A DNA stretch of 64,000 bases from Eledone cirrhosa (taxonomy: Eukaryota): positions 43,152,001-43,216,000 of the forward strand of contig OZ024743.1 in assembly GCA_964016885.1 (NCBI GenBank). The letters are read 5' to 3'. The notes beneath the pieces were generated by a model. That model was given only the letters and a program-made list of their open reading frames with translations. It searched no databases and had not been told where the DNA came from. Of this stretch, positions 1 to 14,479 are shown in pieces (the first letter of the stretch is position 1; every line of letters begins with the position of its first letter). The position numbers and the translations under genes were made by a program.

Positions 1-567
1 ACCACTACATAGAAAAATATTGACCCCATGGAGATAGATGATAAGCGACGATAAGCGATATATAATCTTCGTTTTACCCTTTGTACTATTCCAAGGATCA
101 TTCAACTATCAAGGAACTACCGTTCGATAAACCGTCTGTAGCAAACATCTTGTTGAGTCAAACACCACTGTACGCTGATAATCTCTTGGTTATACGATAC
201 TCTAATCCTGAACTACGGAAAGCCATAACGATATCTCGTTTACACACACATACACACATGCATATATATATATATATATAACAAAGAAGATGTGGTAAGA
301 CACCATATCTGCTTTCTTTCGTATGATGTAGTTATTCATTTATTCTAACGTAATGCCAGTCTCTAATATTTTGTGAATACATTTATTGATATCATATCGG
401 TATTACTGGTAGTGTGTCTCGTGAGTATAACAGCTTCTGTGTTTATCTTCTTTTTTTTCTCTTTTTCAATTTTGAAGCAACAAGGTTTCGGATCTAGCTG
501 CCGAAACGGCCGGAGCTCGGCCGTCGGGGCCCTGACTTTTTCCTATATATATATGTATATATATATG

Positions 568-598
<31 letters not shown>

Positions 599-1922
599 GT
601 ATATATATATATAGTAATAATAATCTGTTATTTTAATAAATATATATATATATATATATATTTTTTATTGTCATAAAATTCTCTAAAAGGCTACAAAACA
701 AATTCTGAAATATGGGCGGGAATTTAATGAACTTGTTCACCTGACAGCCATAATTTCATTTCTAACCAATCAGATTGCACATTAAAAAAAAAAAAGCTTT
801 CGTGAGCCCCTTTTTTTAAGTAAAAAGTAATTCAAACACTCATATATGAAAAAAACAACCTGAGCACCCCCCCCCCCCTCCCCTTGTTTGAAGAACTTTG
901 TAACGCGAACTGGCGAGAAATGTATTATACTTATTGAACAACCAATCAAATTACTTCTCTAAAATCCTGGCGTTTCGAGCCACTTTTTTCCATATAAAAC
1001 AAGTAACATTCAAAGACCAACCAGATGTGAGAAAAACCACAGACCCTCCAACTCAACTCTACTTTTGAAAAGCAGAAGAACTGCGAAACTGGTAAAGGAA
1101 CCAAATAAATATATATATATTTTTTTAAATAAGACTACAGTTGCATTTTCGATTTCATCTTTTTTCCTTTATATACATATATATGAGGTTCTCACTTTGA
1201 TTGCGAAAGGATGAAATTTATCATTGAACTTGATTAGAGTACAACCTCAGAAAATACTGAGATGGAACGCATACCGAAGTATTTGATCCGACTCTATAAA
1301 GTGTTTCAATTTTGCTGCAAATATGGATAAATGTTAATAGCAAACATTAATTCTACCAATTTATTATCGTAAAATATATTCTAGTAGTACGGCATGAGCA
1401 GACCCATGTGAAAACACATGTCAGTGTTAGTGATCATAAATATGGAACTTGTAAACCTACTGTAAAAATGAAGCAATCGGTATTCAAGATAATGTTATCC
1501 TTTGAATGAAAAGTATTAATATTTAAAACATTAAAATCTAAATAAGAAAATAATTCCAGATATTCCATTACGTTTATTCCAAGTTGGTGATCAGGATGAG
1601 ATTATGTTTCTGATGTGAATGTTTACAAGGTGGACTTTACAGATGAATCCAGAAACCTTTCTCTATTAATACAAGGCGCCTGAAACCAGTCCTATATATG
1701 TTTATTTTAGATTGTTTTTCTTTATCAATAAATAAATATTCCGCCATTATAGTATAAGAAATGTGTCAACTTAATTGGCAAACCTCAGCTTAATAATTGT
1801 TTCTACTTTTGGCACAAGGCGAGCAATTATCCCATTGCATTATTGGTACTTTATTTTTTCGACCCCGTAAGGATGAAAGGCAAAGTTAATAATGAAACAG
1901 TTATATTAACAAAACCTTTCTA

Positions 1923-3653
1923 CACCGTGTAACAACATTTGTTTTTCTCTGTTCCTGGCTTGTAATGACTTGTTTTGTGTTGCTTAGGTCCCAAATAAAT
2001 AAAAAAGTGCTATTAAACAGTTAAAAGTTTGGGTTTGTAAAATGTCTAAGCTATTCACTAGAATTATTTGTATGCTGGATTTTACGTTGTATGTAAGTTT
2101 AATTTGCTTATGTTAAATGATTTTTTATATATGTTTCAGGTTAAATTAAAATTATAAAATAAAGAGTAATACCTAAAGAAAATTATAAAAGTGCAATAAC
2201 GTATAAAATTGTTAAAAAGTGATTTAAAGAGATTTATTGATACTGGATTTTCGCACCCTGAATAAAGGGTAAGTTGTGTTTTAAGCATTCGTCTCCAGGA
2301 TGAAGTAGTGGAACTTGGTCAAGGAGGAAGTGCAGGTGACAAGTCAGAGAAGTCGACACGAATCTTTCTCAGGCTTTTACACTGTTAGGGATGGCCTCTG
2401 CTTCTGCCATGACATGCTTGCACTGTTTGACGTTATTGGGGTGCTGTTTGTGCCCAAGGAGTGTCGGCTATTTATATACAGCTCCACCACAAGTTTGAAG
2501 GCTTTCCTCCTCCACAATGGAAACATGTTCCCGACACTGCCCCTAGCTCATTCAGTCTTCCTGAAGGAAGATTAGTACAGTCTGAAAGTCCTCTTTGAAG
2601 CTCTGCAATACAACCAAGACAATTGGAAAATCATTGGATACTTCAATATGGTGGCTTTCCTGCTTGGACTCCAAGGAGGCTTTATCAAATTCCAATTCTT
2701 CCTCTGCCTTTGGGACAGCAGAGCCACCTCTGACCACTACAAAAAAAAAGAAATGGGAGCAGTGAACAGAATTTGTAGTTGGGACCCGGAACGTAATGTG
2801 GGAGCCACTGGTTGATCCCAGGATTGTGCTCATGCCGCCACTGCACATTAAGTTGGGGTTGATGAAGCAGTTTGTGAAGGCTCTCAACCAAGAATCAGCC
2901 GCTTTTAAGTACCTTCTTGAATTCTTCCCCAAGTTATCTGAGGCCAAATTCAAAGGTGGAATTTTTGTTGGACCTCAGATAAAGAAGGTGTTTGAGTCTA
3001 CCAAGTTCTCCAATAAGCTCAATAGGATTGAGCTTATTGGAGAACAGCATGGAACTGTTTCAAGGCAGTTGTTAATGGCTTCCTGGGCAACTACAGAGCT
3101 GAAAACTACTAGCAGCTGGTGCAGGATCGGATAAGGGCTTTTGGCGCCATGGGATTCAGGATGTCGCTTAAACTCCATATGTTAGACGCTCACCTGGAAA
3201 AATCCAAGGACAATATGGGCGCCTACTCAGAAGAACAAGGCGAACGATTCCACCAAGATGTGAAAGAGATAGTGCGTAGGTACCAGGGCCACTACAAGGA
3301 AAAAAATGATGGGGGACTATATCTGGGGGCAAGGGGGGAATGCGACCTGGACTACAACCGCAAATCCAAGAAATTCAGTTATTTCTGACGTGTATAAGTT
3401 GCTTTATAAGTGTTATTTGTTTTTACTTGTTTGCCTTTGATAAGATTGTGTAATAAAATAAATATATACTCTGTTGATTTAATTATATGAACTGATAAAT
3501 TTTAAAAAAATGTGTTTTTTCTTAAAAAATATGAACATTTCGAAATATCAGACTTCTGACCACAAACCCAAACTTCTGATTAAATAATAGTGCATTTTTT
3601 TTATAATAATGGAAATGTCACTTAGAATCGGGTACAAATAATGTCTCACGGTG
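1923..3653 (+). mobile_element. Decayed Chapaev3-type (CMC) DNA transposon
   Basis: Termini CACCGTG(taacaacatttgt) and (acaaataatgtct)CACGGTG are imperfect TIRs. Flanks are CTA/TTA, close to a 3-bp TWA TSD. Transposase fragments lie inside. Confidence 0.7.
2315..3388 (+). pseudogene. Frameshifted Chapaev3-like transposase
   Basis: ORF pieces carry SLKAFLLHNGN, MPPLHIKLGLMKQFVKAL, IFVGPQIKK, SLKLHMLDAHL and SEEQGERFHQD. Confidence 0.8.
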
Positions 3654-3920
3654 TTATTTGACAATTGTGTTTATTAGCCTAGGAAAACTGCGGTATGGAC
3701 AATGTTGCAGGTAAAATAATATTTTCTCCTTAAATATATAGTTTTTGCCTGTTATTTTCTTAATCTTCATATTAATATACTTACGCATTGTACCGAAATA
3801 CATTTTCTGAATGTATAATGCTCTGAAAAATACGGGTTTTAAAGTGAATAAAGCATATTGAGCTGATTAATTGTATAATATGATTGAAATAAATTATATT
3901 TTAATTCACTTGTATACATG

Positions 3921-3996
<76 letters not shown>

Positions 3997-4489
3997 TACA
4001 TTTGTGTTCATTCTTGTGCCTCTGTGCGTGCATGTACCTGCATGTGTTCGTGTTTGTTTATCACATGTAACTTCTCCTTTCCAAACATGGGAGAACGATA
4101 ATATTATTACCGTAGTGGAAAAAATTATGTTATTGGGCCGTCTTCAGTGGCTAAACTTATTCACTTATTCAAAACGATACACTCTAACGCCTGAAACAAA
4201 TGAACGAATAATACGTTCTGTTATAGTAATTATCCAGCTCTGGTTAACGTGTAATTTTTCATTCGAAATCATACTGAAAATAATAATCAGGATAGCAGAG
4301 TATATCCTCCCTTTAATATATTGCCATTTTCCAGGTATTAGTAGAAGACCCTTTGCATAATGATTGCCCATGTGTTTCGATATGGAATGTTCCAAGCCTG
4401 TGAAACGTGTTGTTTAAGAGGCCTGTAATCCCTCAACACCATGCCACACTGTAGGGTAGTGGAAGTTACATTATGAAGGTATCAAGAAG

Positions 4490-4920
4490 AGACCAAGTCT
4501 GGGCGACTGGCATCTTGAATATTGCCTGGCTCACACTACATTCAACCAGGTGGGCAATGCAATCAGTGGAACATTCCACTCCCGAGTTCTATACAGAATT
4601 AGTGGGGGTCAAGAAAGGTTCTGGGCGTTGACTGAGTCGAATTGACCAGCCTGTTCCGGAGGACTTTCAAGCCGGTGACTATGGATAACTTCCAGTAATC
4701 TCATGCTTGGAAGAGCTACCGGGGCGCAATGCCAGTTCGAGATAAACTTTATAGATATGGAAGTGCTGTCAGACGGAGATGCGCGCAGAACGATGAAAGC
4801 GTGTTGCATGCAGTTGTGCTGTATCCCTCCACTACTGACTTGTAGAGATTTGTAAAACGGCTGTCGTCGAGTGTAAGATGGATCTTTCTATCGATCGAGT
4901 CCATAGTAAAGATCGCCTTA
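4490..4920 (+). pseudogene. Old fragment of the Tx1-like LINE ORF2 C-terminus
   Basis: Translates with stops to SLFRRTFKPVTMDNFQ..AWKSYRGAMPVRDKLYRYGSAV..CAQNDESVLHA, matching the C-terminus of ORF 46847-50266. Confidence 0.75.
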
Positions 4921-5547
4921 TGGTTTGAAGACAGACACTTTACACTTCGTCCAATTCCTCATCAACCTTTTCCATTTTTATTTGGAAGGGAAGATGAAGG
5001 CGGAGAGAGAAATGCTGTCGGCCACCAGTACATTTGCTAAAAGTATTATATTTGAAACAGATCCATTAGAAAAAGTAAAAGCGAAAGTAGATAATTGACC
5101 AAATGATAAGCTGTATTACTACATTTTTGTTATCGGCATTTTAAATGTCATTTCCTTGATCTACATGTTTATTCTGTGAGACCTATTTGCCTTGAAGTCC
5201 ATTTGATGAAAATAGACGTAATTAAGCCGAAATACATTAATAAAATATTTTGAAATTGCACTGTTAAATTCGAAACGAAATTTACAAATATTAGCCATGT
5301 CAGCAGATTTATACAATAGCTGTAATTCCAGTTAATGTTCTATTACTCTTCTTCGATGACGCTGATATGTTGGATCATGTCATTGACATATATGGTGGGT
5401 CTAAATACTCAATGACTGTATCTATGGAAACAGAAAAAAAGGATATTAATCTTCAAACAAATATAGATCACCCACATCACATGAATCTCTGCCTGCTTTA
5501 CAATCTCACGTACACATACTAACACATGTTCACGTACACAAAGATAA

Positions 5548-5607
<60 letters not shown>

Positions 5608-5687
5608 AAATAAAATAAAACAAGAGCGAGTGATTACTCCTTCGTTACGTTTATTGGTTGGTGGCGCGCGTTTCGCTATATATATAA

Positions 5688-6010
5688 TAATAAAATAACA
5701 GGAGGCTGCACTGATGTAAATCCTTGACAGGTTTATTATACTTTGATCAATTCAATAAACCGGTTCAGTATGAATCCGGTGACATCATCAGGTATTCAAA
5801 GGAGGGCGACTGAGGTTGAAGCTGATAAATAGTCGGTCGTCCTCTTGTCTCTGATCATCAGCCCTATGGATTTTATCTGTTATATTCCTTTGTTATATTT
5901 TGAATACCTGATGTTGTCACTATTTTCATACTAAACCCGGTCATTGAAATGATCATAGTACAATAAACCTTTCAACGATTTACACCAGTCCAGCCTCCTG
6001 TTATTTTATA
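5688..6010. mobile_element. Non-coding foldback element with a hammerhead motif in each arm (PLE pLTR-derived)
   Basis: Arms ~5688-5800 and ~5899-6010 are inverted. Right arm reads tac-CTGATG(T)...GAAA-t-gatc-a-TA-gta. Flanked by TA-rich tracts. Confidence 0.65.
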
Positions 6011-6160
6011 ATAATTAACTCCGTACTCGCACCACCAACTACACAAACGAAGGCGGGTGAGTTGCATTACGTTGAGTGCTCTCCATAATATTACATCGAG
6101 ATTGACCATACGGAATGACCAGTTCTATCCAGTGGTGAACCAACAAACCTAAATAAATAA

Positions 6161-6301
<141 letters not shown>

Positions 6302-7870
6302 AGCTGATAGACTTAGCAATAGAAAGACTGATACAAATAGTGTAACCTTTGGCTGGTTTAAGAAAAGCAAACATTATACACCAAAATATACAACTTTGCA
6401 TTAAATTTAACTGACACCAGTATGTTAATGTGTCTATTTCCATAGATACTTTAAGAAGCCTCTTGGGAAGCGTAATATTCATAATCTCTGATGCTGTACA
6501 TACTTACGGATTTTAAATACCACTTCCTAATATTTCATTGTAATGATAAATAACACAAATACATTACTATTTGTCATAATATAGCAGACTATAATTTCTC
6601 TTTATTTCCCTTTCAAATATATTTCATGTGGCATCATAAAATGCCATTTACAAAATTTAATTAAACCAAGATCAAATTAACGTAATTTTGTTGTTAATGC
6701 ATTCTCATAATTCAGATTGAATTTTCTTCAGTAAGTAGTATTTCTTAAATTATTCCCAGTATAAATTCTGGTATGATAATATATATATTTGCTTCATCTA
6801 TATAATATTTTTTTTTTTAAATAATGGATACGTGCCTCTATATTTCTTCATACTGAATTCCTCAAAATTACATATGATAATTACTGACAACAGACATTCT
6901 GATGCTCCTTGGTTTTGCCAAATGACATTCCACAAATCTTTAATGCTTGCCATATACTCCTACCTTATAGCAACCAGTAAATATACAAATTATTATCCCA
7001 ATGTCACACATTAAATACCTACCTTTCAAGAAAATGTTTTACAAAGAACATAATCAGGAGCAAATATAATAACAAGTATATGGGAGATGAAATATGTCAA
7101 CTGTTCTTGGAAATTTTAAATGAATTATTTCTACTCGAAAGTTGTAGAGGAGCTTAAAAATAGCAATTTCAGCTCAGTTCATAATTCGATTTTTCTCTTG
7201 AATGCGTCTTCACCCCTCTTATACATCATCTTTCCACCATCCATAATACTTTAAAGAAAATTGTATACCCATGTATAATGAAATTTCTATATGAAATGAA
7301 TTGTTTACGCTTCCCAATTCCCCTGTCCTTAACACTAAGCTATCAGCGCAATAATCAATAAAACTGAAAATATTTAAAATCTCTTTACACTGATTACTTT
7401 TCCATGCTGCGCTTTAACGATCAGTAGAAAGTCGTTGACACAAGAAATATCTTTTGCTTGTAAAACAACATACTTGTGCTATTCCGGATGTTGTCTGTTC
7501 ATATAGTAGATTATGTTTGTCGTCATCTTGTCAGTATATCTCTGCTGTTCGCTGTGTGATTATCTGAAGTAGCACATCGATCATATAGTCACACGAACAG
7601 CATGGTTTCTCTAATATTTTAATCCACTATTGTGTGGTTAAACGTACCGACGTATTGTGTGTTAATACAAACAACTATTTTATATTTGAAAACAAAAATA
7701 GAATTTCTCTCTTTAAGCAACTGCAAGGGGAACATCTACATAGTCGCTGGATCCATATCTTACACAAATCCCCCACTGCTGACACAAAGATAATATATGT
7801 GGATAATGTACATAAATCATTCTCTAAAATAAAAAATAAGATGTCCTCGAGTAGGCTGCACAAAAATAAA

Positions 7871-8265
7871 TGTTTCTACTTTTGGCACAAGGCCAGCAAA
7901 TACCCAGTACATTACTGGTACTTTATTTTATCGACCCCATAAGAATGAAAGGCAAAGTTGACCTCGGTGGGATTTGAACTCAGAATGGAAAGGGTCGTAA
8001 CTCTATGCGTCAAAGCATGACGTCTGACCCTCTACCAATACTGCCAATCCACCTTTCTTATATAGGCACAAGGCCTGCAACTATGGTGGAGTGGAAAGTC
8101 GATTAAATTGATTCCAGTGTGTGACTGGTATTATATTTTATCGAATCTGTAAGGATGAAAGGCAAAGTTAACCCGGCGGGATATGAACTCAGATCATAAA
8201 GGGCCGTAACTCTATACTGCAAAGCCTGGCGTCCGACCCTCTTCCGATACTACCAATCGACCGCC
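7871..8265 (-). mobile_element. Two tandem tRNA-derived SINE copies (octopus-type)
   Basis: B-box-like GAGTTCAAATCC on the minus strand, shared body 'aaggatgaaaggcaaagtt' and tail 'ggccttgtgccaaaagtagaaac'. Other copies or fragments at ~1798-1890, 9093-9275, 14434-14479, 18710-18820, 39805-39897 and 59180-59235. Confidence 0.8.
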
Positions 8266-9092
8266 CTAGGCTGTACACAAATAACGATAACAACTACAAC
8301 ATCAATAGCTTCTCAATTAATTTATACTGCTTCGAATTACATGTAAAAATCCATTTTAAATACATTTAAATCGTCACAATTAACACGATAATTAAATGGA
8401 ATATTTCGTTTATGATTGTTTCATGTCTTCATGATCATGTGTATAAAAGTCAAGTAAGCAAAGATAAAGACTATTTCTAATAAAACTTTAGATTTTTTAA
8501 TGATATGACTCGCTGGCAAATCCATTATTCGGAATATTTTAACAATTTGATAGCTGTTTGTTTTGTTTTTTTTCTCAATAGAGCCACTCAACTAATTGCT
8601 CATTAAATTAATATGTAAGTGGCTGAGAATTACACGCATAAACAGAATCAACGTGAAACAATTACAGACTGCGCATTTGAATCACACATAAAGTTAATCC
8701 TACGGCGTTCCAGAATTTCATGTTCTAACTAATGTTGCTCTCAATCGGTGGCTTTACGCTAGGCTATATTAAAACATACTTGTCAAAGATGCCGCGCAGC
8801 TAGGTTATATTCGCGACCTGATGATTTCCAAGCAAATGTCTCAGACATACCTACTCCTGCTAGTATAATACTTTTAATAAAATCATTATATATCCACCAC
8901 ACACGTAATATACACTTACTTATCTTATTCTTTTAATAATATACATAATGTATGTTATAGATAAAAACAAATGAATGTCCTATACTTGAATGCGCTGCTT
9001 TCGCTGTGATAATACGAATAAGTATAAATAGTTTGGAAACAGTTTTAGAGTTGATATTTAATAGGAGCGTGAACCTCAATGTTATCTGTAAT

Positions 9093-9275
9093 TGTTTCTA
9101 CTTTTGGCACAAGGCCAGCAATTATCCCAGTGTGTTATTGGTACTTTATGTTATCGACCCCGTAAGGATGAAAGGCAAAGTTAACCTCGGCGGGATTTGA
9201 ACTCAGACCTTAAAGGGCCGTAACTCTTTGTTGGAAAGCATCGCGTCCGACCCTCTACCGATACTGCCAATCCAC
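9093..9275 (-). mobile_element. tRNA-derived SINE, same family
   Basis: Full-length match to the 7871-8050 copy. Confidence 0.8.
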
Positions 9276-9776
9276 TGTAATGAATGCAGATTGGAAAGCG
9301 TCGTTGCAGCTACCCGAGGAAATTAAGATTTAATGTAACTCCATCAAAAATAATACAAAGACATATACGTATTTCGATGTAGTAATATTGTCATCGTAAT
9401 ACAATATATTAAAATAAATCTCACGTAACAATAGTCATAATTCGTGAGAATGCATGTGTTAGTAAGCCACGGGGCGAAGAGGAATGTGATGTGTGGTTAA
9501 GGCCTATGGGTAATGCTTACTGTTTATTCGAAACGTGTACGCGCATAGCTCCATCACACAGGCCATATACTAAACACATCAGGATCATCTTTACGAGTCC
9601 AAATGTGTAAATGTATACATTACGCTATAGATGTGAAAACCTAGATATCGATAATAAGGTTAATTTATACATGAGCATAATTATTTACAGTAGATTATAG
9701 GTGTAAATACTCACGTATAAATAGAGCTTACATAAAATGACACTTAGGGAATTAGACACTAAGTATATCATTGTCA

Positions 9777-9974
9777 TTACGACCAGTCTCGATCATTCCC
9801 TGTCCACCTCAAGCTTAAGGCGTTCCTAAACATGTCGCAGTGTTGCCTATCCTGTGCAACCCACATCCATGTACCACCTATAACGTTATGGATCTCATCT
9901 CTCCATCTACTCATCCATCTCCCTCGTCTACGTGAAACTGATACCCTCCGTGCAGAACTGTTTTCATTGTTCAT
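9777..9974 (-). pseudogene. 3' fragment of an RTE-clade LINE
   Basis: RRRGR..RWRDEI..GGTWMWVAQDRQ..LRWT resembles the RTE ORF C-terminus. Confidence 0.6.
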
Positions 9975-12204
9975 GCTATCTTCTATAAGTAATTTTATAT
10001 TCTCTTCTTGATATGTCTTATAATATCCTGTATTGTGTTTGCTCCCATATCTATCGTGGAATTTCCTCTGATTCTAGTGATTACAATCACGAATCACTCA
10101 ATACTGGTCATACCGTGGAAAACATTTAATTGACAATATCACGCTGTTTAACATATATTTCTTGCGAATCTACAAGGAAAATTGTCAATGTGTGAATAGA
10201 TCTATTGCCTTCTGTGCACCACACTTTAATTAATGATAAAATTCGAATTACAGTAACACGTTATTTATTTTGTATTGGTGAAGATCGAGGGGATGAAAAC
10301 ATATTTTAATATGCTTTAACTATATGAGTTTTATAAACACTTTCTGCCATAACGTTATTTTAAGTATTAGTTCTCAAGTAGTATTGCTAATGCATTAACA
10401 TGGGAAATATTTCAAGCAAACGTTGACGACTGTTGAAGATTTGTTAAACATTGTGTGCCATTATTGTGATTTTAAACAATTGAGAAAGAGACAGGAAATC
10501 TACTGTGTCTACATTCGTCAGATCCATTTTATAAAGAAAATAATTTAATGTGGATCGGGGCAGAAGTTCACTAATCGGAGATCTATCAAAGGCTACTAAT
10601 ATCAACAATAACAAAATAAAAACTACTATAACGGAAAGGAACTGTAATGTACACAGGACCAACAATGGACAATCACTCTACAGAATAATCATTAGTAATA
10701 TCAACAATTACAAGTATATGACAAAATAAAACATTGCAACATAAAGTAAAGCAAAGGAATCATTTAAGTTCAGCCAGAAAGGAAGAAAGGAAAAAAATAA
10801 ACGTTCGGTGTTGATTATCGTCATTAGTTCATTACAAGGTTTATTAACAATTGGATTGATAGTTCATAGCTTAAAACATATGTACAGTTCTCTTTAACAT
10901 ATTCATCATTGACATCGCTGATATTTTTCTACATGGAAGAACATACATAACACTACTCGTAATATCTCTCTCATAAGCCTGGGAATATCACACTGAATCC
11001 GATGTAGAATGGATGCATCCAATCCCTGTGTGTGGTAAACGGTGACTGAAAAGGAAGAGTATTCGAATTTAAAATAAGTGTGCAGCAAAATAATAACCCC
11101 ATCTTGTTCCTCCGCCTGAGCCTATGTTGGAAGATACCTGCTGGAAATTGAAGCAACTAGATAAAACACGAACTTGCGTGATTGCCATTAAAGCCATTTC
11201 AGTGAGCTTGTATATAAATATCCCGTTCGTGCATGTATAACTGAAATCAACATATAAATAGTATGTATGTATACGTACATACATATATGCATACAGACGT
11301 ACAGTAGCATGTATATATATATATACATATATATATATATACATACAGGCACACATATATATATATGTACGTATCAGTTTAGCGGACATTTATTATAATG
11401 TCCGCTTTGTCCGTTTGTAAACAAGTAAGTGCCGTACTAAGAGTGAGAAATTTCATTTCATTTCATTCTATTCCATTTTAACATATAAATACATTTCATT
11501 CTAATGATTTTATCAGATGAACATGGAATGACAGTGTCGTTAGAGCATCGGATTGAATGGTTCAGGATTTGTCTTAACACACTTTGCTCTATGATCAAAT
11601 CCCACTGAAGTCAATATTACTTTTCGTCGAGGTCAATGAATTAAATACTAAGACAGTGCAATGAATCTGTGACGTTGTTAAACGTCGCATATGATATATT
11701 TGCTTCTTTGTGTTTCTGAGTTCAAATCCTGCTTTTTCAACGGAAATGTTTTGATGCCTCCCTCAACATTTGCTGCTGACAGATAATACCCTCTTTTGAA
11801 AGTCCAGTGGGACCCTGGTATTTTTGGTCCAAATTTACATTCGACTTACTATTTTTTATTTCATTATTTAATTTATATTCCAAAAGGATAGATGCTTAAT
11901 CAAGCAACACACATTTGAGGCTCCATTCTTCTTGATCTAAGGGCAAAAGTTAATTTTTCTAAACCAGACAGTAGAAACATTATTTATAATAGTAATTTTA
12001 TGTATTCGAATAGAAATCATCTCCATAAATCATATGCAATAATTCTACTAGAAATAATATCATAAACACGACAATAATTAGAAATTCAAGCAACATAAAT
12101 ACTATTACAGTAAATTTAGACTCTGTGAAATATGTAATATATTCAAGATAATAATCCTGCACCATTTCCCATCTGCAGACGAATGCCTTATTGCTTCATG
12201 AGTT

Positions 12205-12470
12205 TTTCTGACGATCATAAAGGCGTGAGTTCGATTCCAGGAAGTACCTTTTTTTTAAGCAAAGCACTTTAATTCATGTTGCTATCAAAAAGAAGTTTCA
12301 CTCATAACTTAGCCAGTCATGTGAAATACTATATAAGCACGAACCCCTGAAAACTACGTATCTGGAGAATCCTCAGCCCGATGCATTTTAATTTCCCAAC
12401 AGGCTACTCTGTGAAGGGGACAACTGGATCCTTCATCTTTATAAACCTGAGTAAGTCTGGTAAATTTCCG
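12205..12470 (+). mobile_element. Degenerate SINE of a second family
   Basis: B-box GAGTTCGATTCC followed by 'agcaaagcactttaattcatgttgct', a CORE-like segment. Confidence 0.4.
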
Positions 12471-12560
12471 GTGCTTTAAACATTTTATGTTCTAATGTTA
12501 TACTTTATTACATATACTAACAGAAAGACCACCCACCGGGTTGTTTCTGCTAGCATGTGT

Positions 12561-12593
<33 letters not shown>

Positions 12594-13079
12594 CATGTTA
12601 TACATTAATATTTATGATAAACACAAAACGTGTTTGCATTGTAACAGACAAAGTTAGCTAGCAATGAAATAAACTAATTAAAGTGAATACAATTTGTCTG
12701 TCTCGATATAAGTCAATAAAGACAAGCTTATATTGGCAAAAGCCGTGATTCCTGGACAAATTTAAATTTCAAAATCCAAACCCGCTCCGTAGATGAATTT
12801 GAACTTCGAAACCTAAATATGTTTCGCAACGATGATACATGAATTGAAAAATAAAGATAATCGAAATGGAATTGAAATAAAAAGTGAAATATCTAAATCT
12901 TCTGTGCTTATCAACAGGAATCCAGTAAAATTAGTACATTCCACCTTCAAAAATGTTGCAGGTCTGACTACACGTGTGTGTAGCCAGCCAAACTAGCCGT
13001 CCCGCATTCCCGGTGCTAGAAATAACAGCCGTTTATACGGGATTAAAAATCAGCTATACAGTTAAGGAGCAATATACTA

Positions 13080-13269
13080 TATTATATTTTGAGATTAAAC
13101 TCTTAGTCGTTTACAATTAATCAGCTCCAAGAAAGAGGCATTTCTGAGCAGTTAAATACATGTATAACATGTATAACATGTATAACATGTATTTAATTGC
13201 TCAGAAATGTCTCTTTCTTGGAGCTGATTAATTGTAAACGACTAAGAGTTTAATCTCAAAATATAATAT
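13080..13269. repeat. Near-perfect ~190-bp palindrome with a tandem ACATGTATA centre
   Basis: attatattttgagattaaactc...aaatacatgt mirrors acatgtattt...gagtttaatctcaaaatataat. Confidence 0.85.
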
Positions 13270-13381
13270 CGTATATATATATATATAGATATTATTATCG
13301 TGTTTATGTTATTATTTCTAGAAGAATTATTGCACATGATTTATGGAGTTGATTACTTTTCTGCTAGCATGTGTATATATA

Positions 13382-13477
<96 letters not shown>

Positions 13478-13581
13478 TATATATACACATGCTAGTAGAA
13501 AACCATTCGGTTGAATCGGGGGTAACCACAGTAAGTAAGGTACTCAATACATAGGAGAGTATACATGTTTTAATATAGAAA

Positions 13582-13632
13582 AGCTTCTACGTGACTAGAA
13601 GTGTTTCATTCAAGAGAAATCATCAGGAAGCT
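13582..13632 (-). ncRNA. Minimal type-I hammerhead ribozyme (family A)
   Basis: Minus strand: agcttc-CTGATGA-tttc tctt gaat-GAAA-c...g-TA-gaagct. Stem III is partly mismatched. Downstream sequence matches 34950-35030. Confidence 0.7.
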
Positions 13633-13638
13633 GAATAT

Positions 13639-13921
13639 TGAAGAATAACATGGTCAACGGTACAAAAGGCTTTTATTTACAGTATTGACAATTGTCTCAT
13701 TGGTTAAGTTCTCTTAAAATTGCTAATCACTTGAAGTTGTGTCACTCAATTTTAAATACGATGTATGCTTAACCAAATCATCAGTTTTTCCGATGATTTG
13801 GTTAAGCATACATCGTATTTAAAATTGAGTGACTAGCAATTTTAAGACAACTTAACCAATGAAACAATTGTTAATACTGTAAATAAAAGCCTTTTTGTAC
13901 TGTTGACCATGTTATTCTTCA
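13639..13921. mobile_element. Foldback element whose arms are hammerheads with an enlarged stem II
   Basis: Inverted arms around a ~9-nt loop. Consensus CTGATGA-t-ttggttaag..cttaaccaa-t-GAAAC-aatt-GTY. Confidence 0.7.
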
Positions 13922-14094
13922 CTCTTTCACCATTATTACTCCAAGATTAACTCACATAGGAACTCCAGAGAACTTATATACTCGATACCGAAGGAAACCT
14001 CTTGTCAGGTCAAAAACGCCGTACGCTAAAACTATCCATAATACGCAGTATTCACAACCTCTAACTGGATTACCTATGACGATAACTTGTTATC

Positions 14095-14222
<128 letters not shown>

Positions 14223-14479
14223 CATATATATCGACAAATGATCTGTCGCGTAACACACATTGTCAGAAATGTATTATAAAAATAAAGTGTATATTAAACC
14301 GACGAAATTAATTTGAGTTGGGAATTGCCGTAATTGTTAAAAGCACGGAATTGTGGTTTTCATTCCACTGCTGTAGTTTCAGATTATACTGAAGTTAGCT
14401 TTGCATTTCATCCATTTGATGGTGATAAATAACTGTTTCTACTTTTGGCACAAGGCCAGCAATTATCGCAGTATATTAA

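Noticed and set aside
3839-4360. [18 protein letters not shown] and HTHT ORFs here and throughout the window
   Set aside because: Translations of dinucleotide microsatellites.
5285-5445. Possible minus-strand host exon with a good splice acceptor
   Set aside because: All three frames hit stops and there is no homology support.
7965-8050. tRNA gene
   Set aside because: A/B-box head of a SINE with no full cloverleaf.
10906-11160. Possible minus-strand terminal exon or short ORFs
   Set aside because: No recognisable domain or linked exons.
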